A DNA stretch of 34,839 nucleotides, from the NCBI GenBank assembly GCA_001642005.1, contig LWCA01000278.1, positions 1-34,839 on the forward strand, written 5' to 3'. The notes below the pieces were generated by a model. That model saw nothing but the letters and a program-made list of their open reading frames with translations, was not told where the DNA came from and ran no database searches. Made by a program: the position numbers and the translations under genes. The DNA is from Intoshia linei. Taxonomy: Eukaryota > Animalia > Orthonectida. Below are positions 1 through 18,500 of the stretch, piece after piece (the first letter of the stretch is position 1; every line of letters starts with the position of its first letter).

Positions 1-223
1 TTTAAGTTAGATTTTCAACGTGAATTTATTTTTTTGGTATAATAAAAGAGTGCTGTTTGTACGTAGTACAAAACTGCCAAGCTAGTGTAAGTATATTTAT
101 GATTGCTATGTTTTTAAAGTATAATTTTCCAAAAAGTCAGGCCCACGTCGACAAAATTGTTTCCTAAAATATATAATATATATATAATTTCGTAACTTTG
201 TCATTTAGTTTATTTTCATTATA

Positions 224-972
224 CAGGCTAATTCTTCGTTAACGGAAAAAAATTCAGTTTTTAATTTCTTTCTTGTCAGTACATAATTGCATTTTTGTCA
301 GTAAATATATTAACTAAATCAGTTTTCATTGAAAATTGTAAGTAACTCAACAAAAAAGTATATAAAAATAAACAAATTTTATAAAATAATATTTTGTCAG
401 TAAAAAAATTGAATTGTAAATTTGATGATTTTGGAGTGTCAGTATAAAAATTAAAAATCTAGTTGTTGAAATAATATATCATCCACTACAGACCTAAGTT
501 AAAACTGAAATATTAAGATACCATATTATAATTACAAACCATATTACAAAAAAATTAGAAATATTTTATCGTGTTCACACCAGAGAATATTTTCATTTTA
601 TACAGAAGATTCAATTTAAATACTGACAGTATAGGTAAAGTACTGACAAAATAATTTTTTGTACTGTTCTTCCAATTTAAATACTGACAATCAATTATTT
701 ATACTGACACCTTGTCAATTGACACCTAAAATACTGACAAACTATCTACAATACTGAAAAATCAATGTTTCTACTGACAAACCATCACCAATATTGACAA
801 ATCAATAAGAAAAATACTGACGCGATAAATGCACGCCATTAAAATTTGTATACTTTAATTCGCTTGTTTTTGAAATTACACTTTGTATAAGTATAATAAA
901 AGTTATTTTTATCAGGGAATACGTAGATTTTTGGCTTAGAAACTTTGTAAATGTATCAACTGGAATAAGCTG
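224..972. mobile_element. Foldback/MITE-like element with inverted internal TGTCAGTA/TACTGACA repeat arrays
   Basis: TA-flanked imperfect termini (ta|caggctaattc ... gaataagctg|ta). TGTCAGTA occurs at ~275, 296, 394 and 437. The reverse complement TACTGACA or variants recur at ~20-bp spacing from ~621 to ~820. Confidence 0.5.
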
Positions 973-1049
973 TATTAGAATAACTTTTTTTAAATTCTAA
1001 AGCCATTCCTTATTTCAAATTGTCTGTTTACAAAAATGAATTGTTAGCA

Positions 1050-2340
1050 AATAAATAAAAGTCAATACGAAAGTGCTTTTTTGACCGTGAAGTCGTCAAT
1101 TTATTAAATTGAATTTTTTTATGTATTAAATGGATATAGATGTACCAATTTTATTATTTTTTTTAAATTTTAAGAGTATTTTCATTTTTTAATAAAAGGA
1201 TAGTCTGTTGTTTTCGATCGTGAAAATGCACTTTTTTGAGGTTCTCTTTTTTATAATGCTTATGATTTGAAAAACTATCCCAGAATGTGTTTTATAAAAT
1301 TTTTTCATTTTTACCACACATGGCAATTTGTGGTTTTAACTAGTGATTGTGATTTCCCGGGAAATGACAAAAGTCGAGAACCGGGAAATAAAAAAATTTT
1401 ATTCATAGATAATATAGAAGCATTACAAATTTTAGAAACAAAAAAAAATTTAATTAATGAAATAACACAAATCTAGATTAAAATTTACAAATTTAGTTAG
1501 AAAAAAATATATTTATTTTAGATTGTTGAAAAAGTGTTTCAAAACACACATAATATTGATAGATTCATCTTTTAAACGCGTTCTACGTTTTGTAACGAAA
1601 TTAGAAGCAGTAGAGAAATTTCTTTCATTTTGTGTTGATATAGGTTGAACGGTAATAGGGGATCCTTTAATTTTAACAATCTTGATGATAGCGTTCCAGT
1701 TCGTAACAACTTATAATATTGGAAAAAGAGGATAATTCTTTTAAGCGTTAGTAATTTGTGGTTGAAATAAGAGATTTTTAAAAAAAGTATTGGAAAAAGG
1801 ATATTTTTCAATTAAGGGCTGGAAAATTAGATTTTTTATTTGTGGTTTGATGAAATGGATTTTTTTCATAAGATTTCGCAAAATCTGATTTTTGAAAAGA
1901 ATATCGGTGTAAGTCAATTTTTCCATGAGAGCTTGAAATGGTATTTTGGATGAAATTTTATTAGTGGTGGGATTTTTGAAATGGTAAATATTATAATATC
2001 ATATTTTCATAGTAATAACAAATATAAATCAAATACAGGTATGTCTCAATTTTTTTTGAGAAATCCCGGGAATTTTTTCCCGGCACTATCACTATTTTTG
2101 ACCATGAAGATGTAAGTTTCTGAGGTCTACATCTACGATAATGTTAACGATTTAAAAAGCTGACCCAGAATGTACGTTGTTGAACATTCATCGACTATTT
2201 TAATTTACAGAAAACGTAGGGTCATTTGTGTTATGCCTAAGAAGGTATCATTTTCTGAAATATAAATTTACGATAAAAAATCTCTATCGAAAATATAACA
2301 GTATTAAAATATTGGGTTTTTTTAATTCTATGACTCATAA
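1050..2340. repeat. Dispersed repeat, copy A (about 130-bp internal subunits), interrupted by an insertion at 1341-2094
   Basis: 1050-1340 and 2095-2340 align by eye with 24505-25010. Shared blocks include aagtgctttt..ttgaccgt, tgaaaatgcactttttt, ttatgatttgaaaa and ccatgaagat. Confidence 0.7.
1341..2094. mobile_element. Non-autonomous hAT-like element
   Basis: Termini tagtgattgtg / cactatcacta (10/11 inverted), subterminal cccgggaa motifs at both ends, and a degenerate 8-bp TSD gttttaac/tttttgac. The element is absent from the homologous site in repeat copy B (~24775). Confidence 0.65.
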
Positions 2341-4060
2341 ATTTGTAATTAAACGGTAACACACTGATATTTATTTGTATAGAGGTAAAGCATTACCGTC
2401 AGCGGTGGAGAAAGTGTGGGAACCACTGCTGTATGAACCTAAAAATCTTTTTATAAAATGTCCGAAAATCAATTCGGCAAACACTGCATTATTGTATCAA
2501 ATATTGGTACAAATTATTTACAATAGAAACATCTTTTGTTATATACTATCTTTTCATCAATCAAGAAACTAGACAATGAAGAAAAATTAATCTTATTATT
2601 ACCGCGTATTAACAAATGATTACATTAATGAATCGGATACATACAAACATTACTTAATGTGTCCTTTAATTATGTTATTAACGGTTACTTTGAAATGTGA
2701 AAAACTGTGGGTACACTAAAAGTATAATACTCGCATAAAAATAACGGTATTTTGACCTTTCCATTTAAATATAAATGTATTATAGTAGTAATAGTAGGTT
2801 AGAATAAATCAAAATAGGCATAAATAGTTATTGTAATTGTAATTCATAGTAGATTAATCGATAAAATAAATATATTAACATGATTATTTGTAATATTGAT
2901 CCGAATTTTAAGTTAAATGACAATGCAAGATTTCGATTGAAACTATTCAGTCAATAGTTGGATTTGTTTATCTAATTTGGTATATTGAATGAAATGTGAA
3001 ACGGTTATAAAATATTACACTTGAATTGAAAAAATAACAAGTTTGGGTTACAATACAATGTACGAAATGTAGCAATATTATCTTTATCTTTACCAGCAAA
3101 ATAAACAATAGAATAAATTACACATAAACCATGTAATAGAGTACACTACTACTTTTATAGTTTTGTAATTTTGAATAGTGACAGACGTAGTAACACTTGA
3201 TTCATAAAAGGTGTTGATGGTAAGACTGAACGAATGAACCAAAATTGCAGTGCAATATAGTCACTACATTAGATTCAAATTATCTTGTTAGTAGCCTCGG
3301 AAATGTCTATTATCCAGACTCAAATTGCGTGACTTTTGTTTGCAAAAACATAGATAACATCAGAACCAACTAATTTAGTAAATTGATATAAGAATCCCAC
3401 TTAAACAATGTAGTTTATGGTAATAATATGATTAACTGAGGTACCGTTAGCAAGTTGGAACAAAATTTATTCTACATAATATATTGCAATTTTATGATAA
3501 ATTTATGACGTTTATTTGTAATAATGATTAACATTGATTTTTATTACACTTTATGATAAATTTTGTATTATAAATACTGCTCTGCTCGTAATAAATGTTT
3601 ATTCATTAAACAATTACTCAAAATTATAATATTCCGCACAGTGATATCGATTAGCAATTTATTGATCCAAATTACTGTCCGACTGACTTTTGTCTCATTC
3701 GGCCAATAAACTCGCGAATTTTAAAATTACCGCCCATGTGTAAAAAATTGCGCATCAACTGAAAGGCTAATTCATTTATTCATCAACAAACTTTCATTCA
3801 AAGCTGGCAATCTCAATTTTACGACGCATTGTATAGACATTTTCGTTTACCGGCCAAAGTGCTAATTCATCACTATTCACGCGACATTCATTCACAAATG
3901 ATCTCACACCAAGATGACAATTGTAACTTTCATGAATAGCAATTGTATAACTTTAAATCACTCCAATATAAATGCCGTTTAATTGCACGTCGAGACCCCA
4001 ATTATTAAATATTTTACACACAATTTTCTCTCATAAACTATATAACTCAATTACCCATTG

Positions 4061-10798
<6,738 letters not shown>

Positions 10799-10888
10799 GG
10801 AAATACACTTTTAAATTTCCACTCGATACAGGGTAAAATTTAATTTTTACATTAAATGTAATTTAGTATAATTTTAAAATAAATTTTT

Positions 10889-11848
10889 TTAAATATCATC
10901 TTTCACATGGTAAACGTCGAATCGATGGTTGGTGTTGGGTAGAGAATGTATCGCAACATGAGAACCTAGTCCTCCATGGCTTGTTTTCTTTTGATAAAAT
11001 ACTGTTTTAATGCGACTGTGTAGTAGAGCCATTGAGCACATTATGCAAGGTTCAAAATGAAAAAATGCGTGCATATTTGTGCACAAATAATTGTTAAATA
11101 TTTCATCCAGTTTAATACAAGTTTCATTTTTATATTCATGTTGTATGGATTTGGTCAGTTGACATTTTGAAATTATATCGACAATATCCATAAAACCATG
11201 CCCCTTGATAAATTTATTACATTCTTTGGTTGGTACTCTCTTATGTAACTGTGATATTTTTTGATAATCATTCAATTCAGGTGAAAATATAAATATATTT
11301 GCTGGACTAATTAATATATTAAAATTTGATAGAGCGACCAAATTGTATTCTGAAGATACAATTAGCAATATTTTATCAATAAAATTTCTCTGAGAAATGA
11401 AAACATTATCAACTAATTTGTTTTCAATCAATGCGTCCTTTTTAAAATATATTGGCCAATAATGTGACACCATTTTTTTCTGAATTGACGTAAATACAGG
11501 CAAGGATGGTAGGTTTAAACAGAAAATACAAATTATGTCTCGACAAATATTTTTATCCGTTACGTTTATAATGGAATTTTTATTTCGCTTTTCATATACT
11601 AAATTGTATATATTAAAAAGAGAACAAGTTTTTTCAGAACAAATTAAAATATCGACATAATTATTTAATTTGATTGATCGGATTTGGTGAAAATGTTTAG
11701 GTAATGTATTGTTTAAATTCACATGACCCTTTAACCAATTTAACAATATTGCCACTGATTTTGTCTTTCGTATTCGAATCGCAACATATTTACAAAGGTT
11801 TATATCAGTTTCTGTATATTTTTTATCTAATATTGCTTCAATCTTCAT
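10889..11848 (-). CDS. ADAT3: tRNA-specific adenosine deaminase subunit ADAT3/Tad3 (non-catalytic subunit)
   Basis: 319-aa ORF with YLCT...EPCIMCSMALLHSRIKTVFY, GGLGS and NHRFDVY. HGF replaces the catalytic HxE, as expected for Tad3. The N-terminal HYWPI-type motif is present. Confidence 0.9.
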   Translation of the reverse strand: MKIEAILDKKYTETDINLCKYVAIRIRKTKSVAILLNWLKGHVNLNNTLPKHFHQIRSIKLNNYVDILICSEKTCSLFNIYNLVYEKRNKNSIINVTDKNICRDIICIFCLNLPSLPVFTSIQKKMVSHYWPIYFKKDALIENKLVDNVFISQRNFIDKILLIVSSEYNLVALSNFNILISPANIFIFSPELNDYQKISQLHKRVPTKECNKFIKGHGFMDIVDIISKCQLTKSIQHEYKNETCIKLDEIFNNYLCTNMHAFFHFEPCIMCSMALLHSRIKTVFYQKKTSHGGLGSHVAIHSLPNTNHRFDVYHVKDDI

Positions 11849-12476
11849 TAATAATCTAAAAAAATATATAGACTCAACAACGCATCTGATTCAAATAACG
11901 TCGAAGGTTAATTTTAAAATGGTAATTTGGGTTATTGATCATGACGATATAAATTTATCGTAATTAAGACACTTAAAAAAACTGATTTATTTTATAATTT
12001 CTGACATTGTCAGTTTTCTAAATAAATAGTTACAAGACAAAAACATTGATCAACTTTTACAACTTATCAAACTAAAAATCAGACAAACTCTTTAAAATAT
12101 CTCTAAATGACTTAAGGAATAATAATTTGATACTGGTAAAAAGCGAAGGCCAAATTGTGAAATTGAAACAGATTTTGAGTTGTTAGTAAAAAAGTGTACC
12201 ATCTATCCAAGTGGAACCTACCACTGATTAAAATTAACCCCAAAGTATCCATTTTTTATTAAAAAAATGAATAGAGTCCCAAAATTTAAAAAAACTTAAG
12301 ATAAAGATTTTAAACTTAAAAATACCGGCTAACATTCAGTTAAGCAACATAATTATAAATTTTGATAATTAGTACTATTGTTGATTTTTTGACCAAATTT
12401 TTGTTGTTCTTTTAAGGGAAATTTTTTTCACCAATTTTTAAAAATAATTTTGGACCCAAAATTTGGTAGACTTTTT

Positions 12477-12848
12477 TGTCTTAATGCGACATAATCATCG
12501 CTTTTAATAATTTATCATATTGATTTTTTCACGAAATAATTGTGGGATTCTTTTGGGAAAATTTTTCGACCCAATTTTTAAAGATTTTGAAAATAATTTG
12601 GTAGGATTTTTAAGGGAATATAATTTATAAACAATAAGTTTCTAGGGTTTATTTTTGACGTTTTAAGGGATCTTGAAAATTTTTAAAAATTGTGTTAAAA
12701 AAATATTCCCTTAAAAACCCTACATTATTATCTTCAAAATCTATAAAAATTGGGTCGAAAAATTATCCCAAAAGAATCCCACAATTATTTCGTGAAAATA
12801 TCAATAATATGATAAATTATTAAAAGCAATGATTATGTCGCTCTAAGA
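12477..12848. repeat. Long inverted repeat (arms ~145 bp, spacer ~80 bp), foldback/MITE-like
   Basis: 12477-12621 (tgtcttaatgcgacataatcat...taagggaatat) is the near-perfect reverse complement of 12703-12848. Confidence 0.85.
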
Positions 12849-13142
12849 CAGCAGTTCTCAAATGGGGTACTGGTACCCCCTAGGGTTCGTCTTATCAGTC
12901 TTATTTGGTTAGTTCGTCTTATCCTATGACTCACACTTTATGATTCATAAATTATAAATATTTTTAAAATTTCATAATACATTTATGTATCTATTTTTGA
13001 TGTTGTAGAGTTTAACTATTTTATTTGATTTTTTTTAATTTACATGGTATCATAGTTACAATAAATAGAAATTATTATGCAGTACCAAATTATATTTTTA
13101 TAGTTTAGGGGTACCAACTGCGAAGTATGTTGAGAACCGCTG
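12849..13142. mobile_element. hAT (Buster/Charlie-type) MITE with perfect 8-bp TSD
   Basis: TIRs cagcagttctcaa / ttgagaaccgctg (12/13). TSD CTCTAAGA at 12841-12848 and 13143-13150 fits nnnTAnnn. Subterminal ggggtac motifs occur at both ends. Confidence 0.9.
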
Positions 13143-13503
13143 CTCTAAGACAATGGTTTCCGATTTAAATAGTGTACAGACCTCATTTCAGAATATTTAT
13201 TTTTTTAGACTCCAAAGGAAGCAAAAAACTAAAAACGTTTAGGAAAAAATTAAAGATACAAAAATTTGGAAATTCTGTAATAAATAATATCATTACATTG
13301 TATTCGAAAATATTCAAAGATTAAAAAAGATAAAAATATAAAATCGTAATAATACAAAATGATTTTAATAATTACTATGTTAAATTTAGTATAGAATATT
13401 TGATATTGAAAATAACATTTCACTTACAATCTAAGGTCAAATCTAATCGATACTAAAATCGTCAAAACAAAATAAAAATTTATCACAATTTTTTTTCACA
13501 AAA

Positions 13504-14913
13504 TTATAATTTTCCACTCTTCTTTTTTTTAATATATTTAGGTACTTTGGTTTTAAGTTTTTCCTTTCGAATTAACCTTGCTGCATTTTTTCTTTCTTTT
13601 TTAGAAGCCAAATCTTCACCCCTTGGGCGAATAATGGTCAAATCAATTTTATCTACATTTTCTATAAATGTGTCGTCATCAGATTCCGTATTGAGACAAC
13701 TAGATTTACTTACATTTGAATTTTCAGATTGATCGTCATTTATAGATAAATCTCGAATATTTTTATTGTCAAACAAATGAGATTTTTGCAGTCTGTCCTG
13801 TTCATTTTCGTCTTCAAGATTTACAACGTCGTGTAAAGTGCGTGGTAAATAATCGTGTATAAACCCTGTATCGTCCAATCCAATATCTTGATCGAAACTT
13901 TCTTCAATCATTGAATCAATTAAATTTTCAAGGTGTACATCTAAGAAAGTCATATAATCATCTGAAACAGTTTCATTTAAATTTCTTTTAATTCTATTTT
14001 TATAACCATCCTCAAACGCGACAGTTCGTTTAATGATAAAATCAAACAGTCTCGTTAAAGACATGACGTTAGCTCCTGATTTATAAAAAAAATGGGTAAC
14101 GTTTTTGCAATCTTTTCGCAAGAAATGGAAAGCATTAGGATGATCGTGTTCGACTGCCTGAGAAACATCAATAACGGTTAAGAGTTCACTGGAATTATCA
14201 TACAACATATTAAATTCGCTTAAATCAGCGTGTACTAAATTGGCAACATTGTAAATTTGATACATGAGTCTAACACAGTCTTTATAAGTCTTGTCTATAT
14301 CACAAACTCTGGCTTTTTGTAACGTTTGCGTGGGCCATCCATCCTTACCCATAAATTCCATTAATAAAACATGCGAGTTGAGTAAAATTGGTTTGGGAGA
14401 TCTGATTTTGGCTTTTTGTAATCTAATTAAATTTCTAAACTCTTTTTCTGCCCATAGGCGAACCATTTGCGTAGGGTTGCGTTTTCTGTACCCTCTTCTA
14501 AATCGATAATCACCAATGACATACTTTTCACGGTCTCTAAAAACTAACACTGATGTTTTATATATTTTAATAGCACAGTGATCTCCATTTGGCGTTTGAG
14601 AGTGGTACACATTGGCCTCTTTTCCAGTACTAATGCAACCATTGATCAATTCCAAAATTCCTTTGTGAATCAACCTGCATAAAATAAGACGTGTTTTAGG
14701 ATCAATCACCTGTTCGATGGTCGCTCTGTCAGATTTGTCCTTTTCTCTACATTCACCAACTTCCTGCATTTGTAAGCAGGTTTCAATATTTTGGTTGGAT
14801 ACTGCTGGTTCATAACATGATAGACTTATTTTTGAATCATATTTTTCGTATTTTTGAATCTTACGTTGATAAGTTTTATCCACGGATACAGAAAAGTCTT
14901 TAGTTTTATTCAT
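13504..14913 (-). CDS. RIOK1: Serine/threonine protein kinase RIO1
   Basis: 469-aa ORF with DKSDRATIEQVIDPKTR, P-loop CISTGKEANVY, LVHADLSEFNML, IDVSQAVEHDHP and a K/R-rich C-terminus. Confidence 0.95.
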   Translation of the reverse strand: MNKTKDFSVSVDKTYQRKIQKYEKYDSKISLSCYEPAVSNQNIETCLQMQEVGECREKDKSDRATIEQVIDPKTRLILCRLIHKGILELINGCISTGKEANVYHSQTPNGDHCAIKIYKTSVLVFRDREKYVIGDYRFRRGYRKRNPTQMVRLWAEKEFRNLIRLQKAKIRSPKPILLNSHVLLMEFMGKDGWPTQTLQKARVCDIDKTYKDCVRLMYQIYNVANLVHADLSEFNMLYDNSSELLTVIDVSQAVEHDHPNAFHFLRKDCKNVTHFFYKSGANVMSLTRLFDFIIKRTVAFEDGYKNRIKRNLNETVSDDYMTFLDVHLENLIDSMIEESFDQDIGLDDTGFIHDYLPRTLHDVVNLEDENEQDRLQKSHLFDNKNIRDLSINDDQSENSNVSKSSCLNTESDDDTFIENVDKIDLTIIRPRGEDLASKKERKNAARLIRKEKLKTKVPKYIKKKKSGKL

Positions 14914-15506
14914 TGTGATTGTTCAAATATTCTAATTTCAAATAAAACAAGTTTTGAAGATACAGATAAATTTTAATTATATAAATATCCAAAATGTATA
15001 AAAATGACTAATAATACTAATGTTTAATCTGTAAAGTTTAAACAGCATACGACTTAAAAATTTCACATGTAGTTATATAATTTAACAAATTTTAAATGTA
15101 GAGCGATAACACCATAAAACGTATTTAAACGATTGCACCATTTTAATTCAAAGGATTTTGTAGTAAAAATGTACAAGAAACAATTTAAATATGTATAAAA
15201 ATTACTTTTTTTTTTTTAATTGTAGTAAAGTTATTATCAAGTAATAAAGTATTATTAAAATTGATTAACCATGATTAACTAATTAGGTATTCAATTGAAA
15301 TGTATCAACATTGGAAGAACTAATGAGATTTAACTAATTAATTTAAAAATATTTGAATTACCATGATTTATTATACAATTAATGTTGGTGACGCCAAAAA
15401 TATAAACTGTTATACTAATGTTATAGCAACAAATTTCAATAAACTGTTCGACAGTTACTGTATTTATTGGTTACAGAACACGTCAGAATAAAATAGGAAT
15501 TTTCGA

Positions 15507-18500
15507 ATGGTTTACATATCAAATGGTATTTTTAACAAATTAAAATTGGAAGAAATTTTCATTTAGGGAATATTCACGATAGAAGGCCCTTCTCATTAGA
15601 TTATATAAAAGAAATATTTTATTATATATACCAACTCATCGCTTTGTTGTAATTTTGCATTGATTTAAATTTTTAATTCTTTAATTTTGATACATAATTT
15701 TAGTTTTTCAACACTAATTGAGCCATTTTCAAATTTATCTGTTACTTCAAATTCCAATAACAAAGACAATGGACATTATCGAGGTGGTGGAAGGAGAATG
15801 GGAGGCATAAATCATAGTATATATTTTTATCAATATTTGGGTGTTGCAAAAAGTAGAAAATTTATTTTAATCATTCAGAAATTTAATAAATCCTACGTGA
15901 CATAGTGTTAGTGATAACTCATCACTAAGGCAAGTTTTTTTTTGACATTTTAGTTTTTATTTACATTATATCACAAATGACGATTTATATAACTAAGCAA
16001 AAATGGAAATTATATGAAAGTTATTTTTTGACAATTTATATTGTATTTTGACAAAAACCTGCCCTACTTATCACTAACAGGTATGAATTTTTTTTTAGTG
16101 AACTTTTCATCAAAAATGGTACGCACAATATCGCTACTTATTTATTTTCAAATGTTCGCGACTAATAGTTTGAAAAACACTGTTCTGACATTTGAAAATA
16201 TATTATTATAGAACATGTATAACACGTGATGCATCGTAAGTTATCAATTTAAAAGGATTAATTTTTGATAAACGTCTAATATCAATTCATTTCTGAAGCG
16301 CTCCTTTAAAATATTTAGCCTTGACAGTGAACGCTCTGCAACTTCATTTGTCAATCGTACATGCACTTTAGGTTTATATATGTATTTGTGTTTATTTATA
16401 AATGAAAGGCCATTTTTGTTTATTTTAAGACTTAAAAAAATTTAAGAGATTAACTTCATTTTTCATAGATTTTCTGAATCTGCATCATCCTCAAAATCTG
16501 TTTTTTAAATTTTTATTTTAAGGCTTTTATATTATTTGAAACATCATTCGCCACTATCGCCCTCTTTCCGGACTTACAAATACTACCTAAATTGAATAAT
16601 GACGTTAACAAAGAACTCTATACTTCCAATGCTGTGTTTTATGACTAATTATATTATCTCCATTGTAAAGTTTAAATCAAAGATGGGCAAACTACGGCCC
16701 GCGAAATCATACTTCATACTTATGTTTACATTGTAAATTTTCCATGTCACATTCCATTTAGATCAGTGTTTCCCAACCTTTTATTTTCCAATGCCCCCTT
16801 ATAAAAGGTTCACATAATAGCGCCCTCATTAAAATTGAATACAATCGATATAACAGATTAAATTGTTAAACCTTTTCCATTCTATTTTATTGATTCATGT
16901 ATGAATGTAATAAATTATATATTGTGGTAGCGACCTAAGCAGTGAAGTGGAATTAGCAGACAAATAAAACTATCGCATGATTTCAAGAAAATTTAATGTT
17001 AAAACGTATTATTCACAATATAAAATATTTATTCAAATCAGTATCACAAATTAATGAGTACCCTGAGGATGAGCCTGTGACAACTTATCAAGATCAGGAT
17101 CAATGTTCGAAAGAAAAAGTCTGAGATCACCCCATTTTTCTATTTTTAGTCTATTGTTTTTTTTTGTAAGCAAATTTACAACCGCACTGAATCCTCTTTC
17201 AACAAGATAGAAGGAAGGAAATGGTAACAGCAAAAGTTTTACTTTTTCCCATAATCTCGGATACCTGTGGCGTTGTTTAATCCAAAAATTTTATAACCAA
17301 ATTGTTGATACATTTGTCGCCATTCTACATCATTTCTAAGGTCTATCAAACCCTCTAGATAGTTGAATCTATTATTATGTCGATGTCAATATAGAATTTT
17401 ATGATAGAATCGATTTTGACTTGAAATGATCGATTTGGAGACTGGATTGTTTGTTTTTTGGTTTGTAGATCTGGTTTGGTATTGATGTGCTCGTCTTGAT
17501 GGTTTTTATGTTTAGATTAATCTTATTATATTTGTTGATTAAGAGGGTTGTGGTCAGTGTATATTTTGAAATGTTTCCCAAGTAAGTAGTATCTGAATTT
17601 CTTTAAGGCCCAACAAATTACCATTAATTCTAAATCTACAGCAGCATAATTTGATTGGGTAGGGTTAAGTTTTTTTAATATGTATGATATTGGTTTATTG
17701 TTTTGAAAAAGAACTGCTCCCAGTTCTAATTGTGAAGCATCTGTTTCAATATAAAATTGTTTTGTGAAATCAGGTGGATTTGATATTATTGACTTGATTT
17801 GGTCTAAAATTGATTGGCGTTGTTTATTCCATTGTATTTTCCTGTTTTTTATTTGGTTATATATAATGGACTAGCAATAGAGTTAAATTTTGGTATATAC
17901 TTTTGAAGGTATGCAAACATTCCTAATATTCGCTGAAGTTCTTTGATTGTTGTTGGTGTTGGAATATTTTTAATGGCTTCCGTTTTTTCCGGATCTGCTT
18001 TTGTGAGACGTTGTTTTACCATGAGACGTTGGCATGTGGAAGGGCATTTTTGAGTCTCTGTGGCATTACTCTGTTTTGATATTGAGTTTTTTCCATATCC
18101 TGTCGTGAATGCAGTTTTAAATCGAATAGTTATTTAAAGGAATTTGCCAGTAACCTGACTGGAGATCCAAGGTAGAAAATAATGTTTGTTCGCTCAATGA
18201 ACTTAATATGTTTTCAATATTTGCATGAGGATAGCTATCGCTGTGTGTTATTTTATTTATTTCTCGAAAGTTTCCCAACCAACGATATGAACCATCTTTC
18301 TTCTTTTTCATGAAGTGTGGGACACGAAAACTGCTATTTGATGGTTCAATCTGATTTTCATTTATCATACTTTTAATTAATTGTGTTCTGCTTGTTGGAG
18401 ATGCTTTGGAGTGGGGTAGTTTTTTGCTACTGGATGTTTAGAGCCTTCTATAATAGGTATTTCGTGATTAATGTTGTGTGTCAATCCGGGTTTAGTATCA

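Noticed and set aside
600-825. Regularly spaced repeats resembling a CRISPR array
   Set aside because: The context is eukaryotic, the motif is only 8 bp at ~20-bp period, and there are no cas genes.
1267-2572. Short ORFs in the first 2.6 kb, and similar ones at 6853, 10112, 13547, 14291 and 19389
   Set aside because: They lie in repeats or introns, or are antisense to real coding sequence, and show no recognisable motifs.
3480-3570. Cluster of TGAT/TTAT homeodomain-like sites upstream of PBX
   Set aside because: Expected by chance at this AT content; cannot be supported without conservation data.
14990-15365. Series of GT...AG-like segments suggesting a micro-exon gene between RIOK1 and SELENOK
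   Set aside because: I could not build a convincing ORF with a start codon or recognisable homology.
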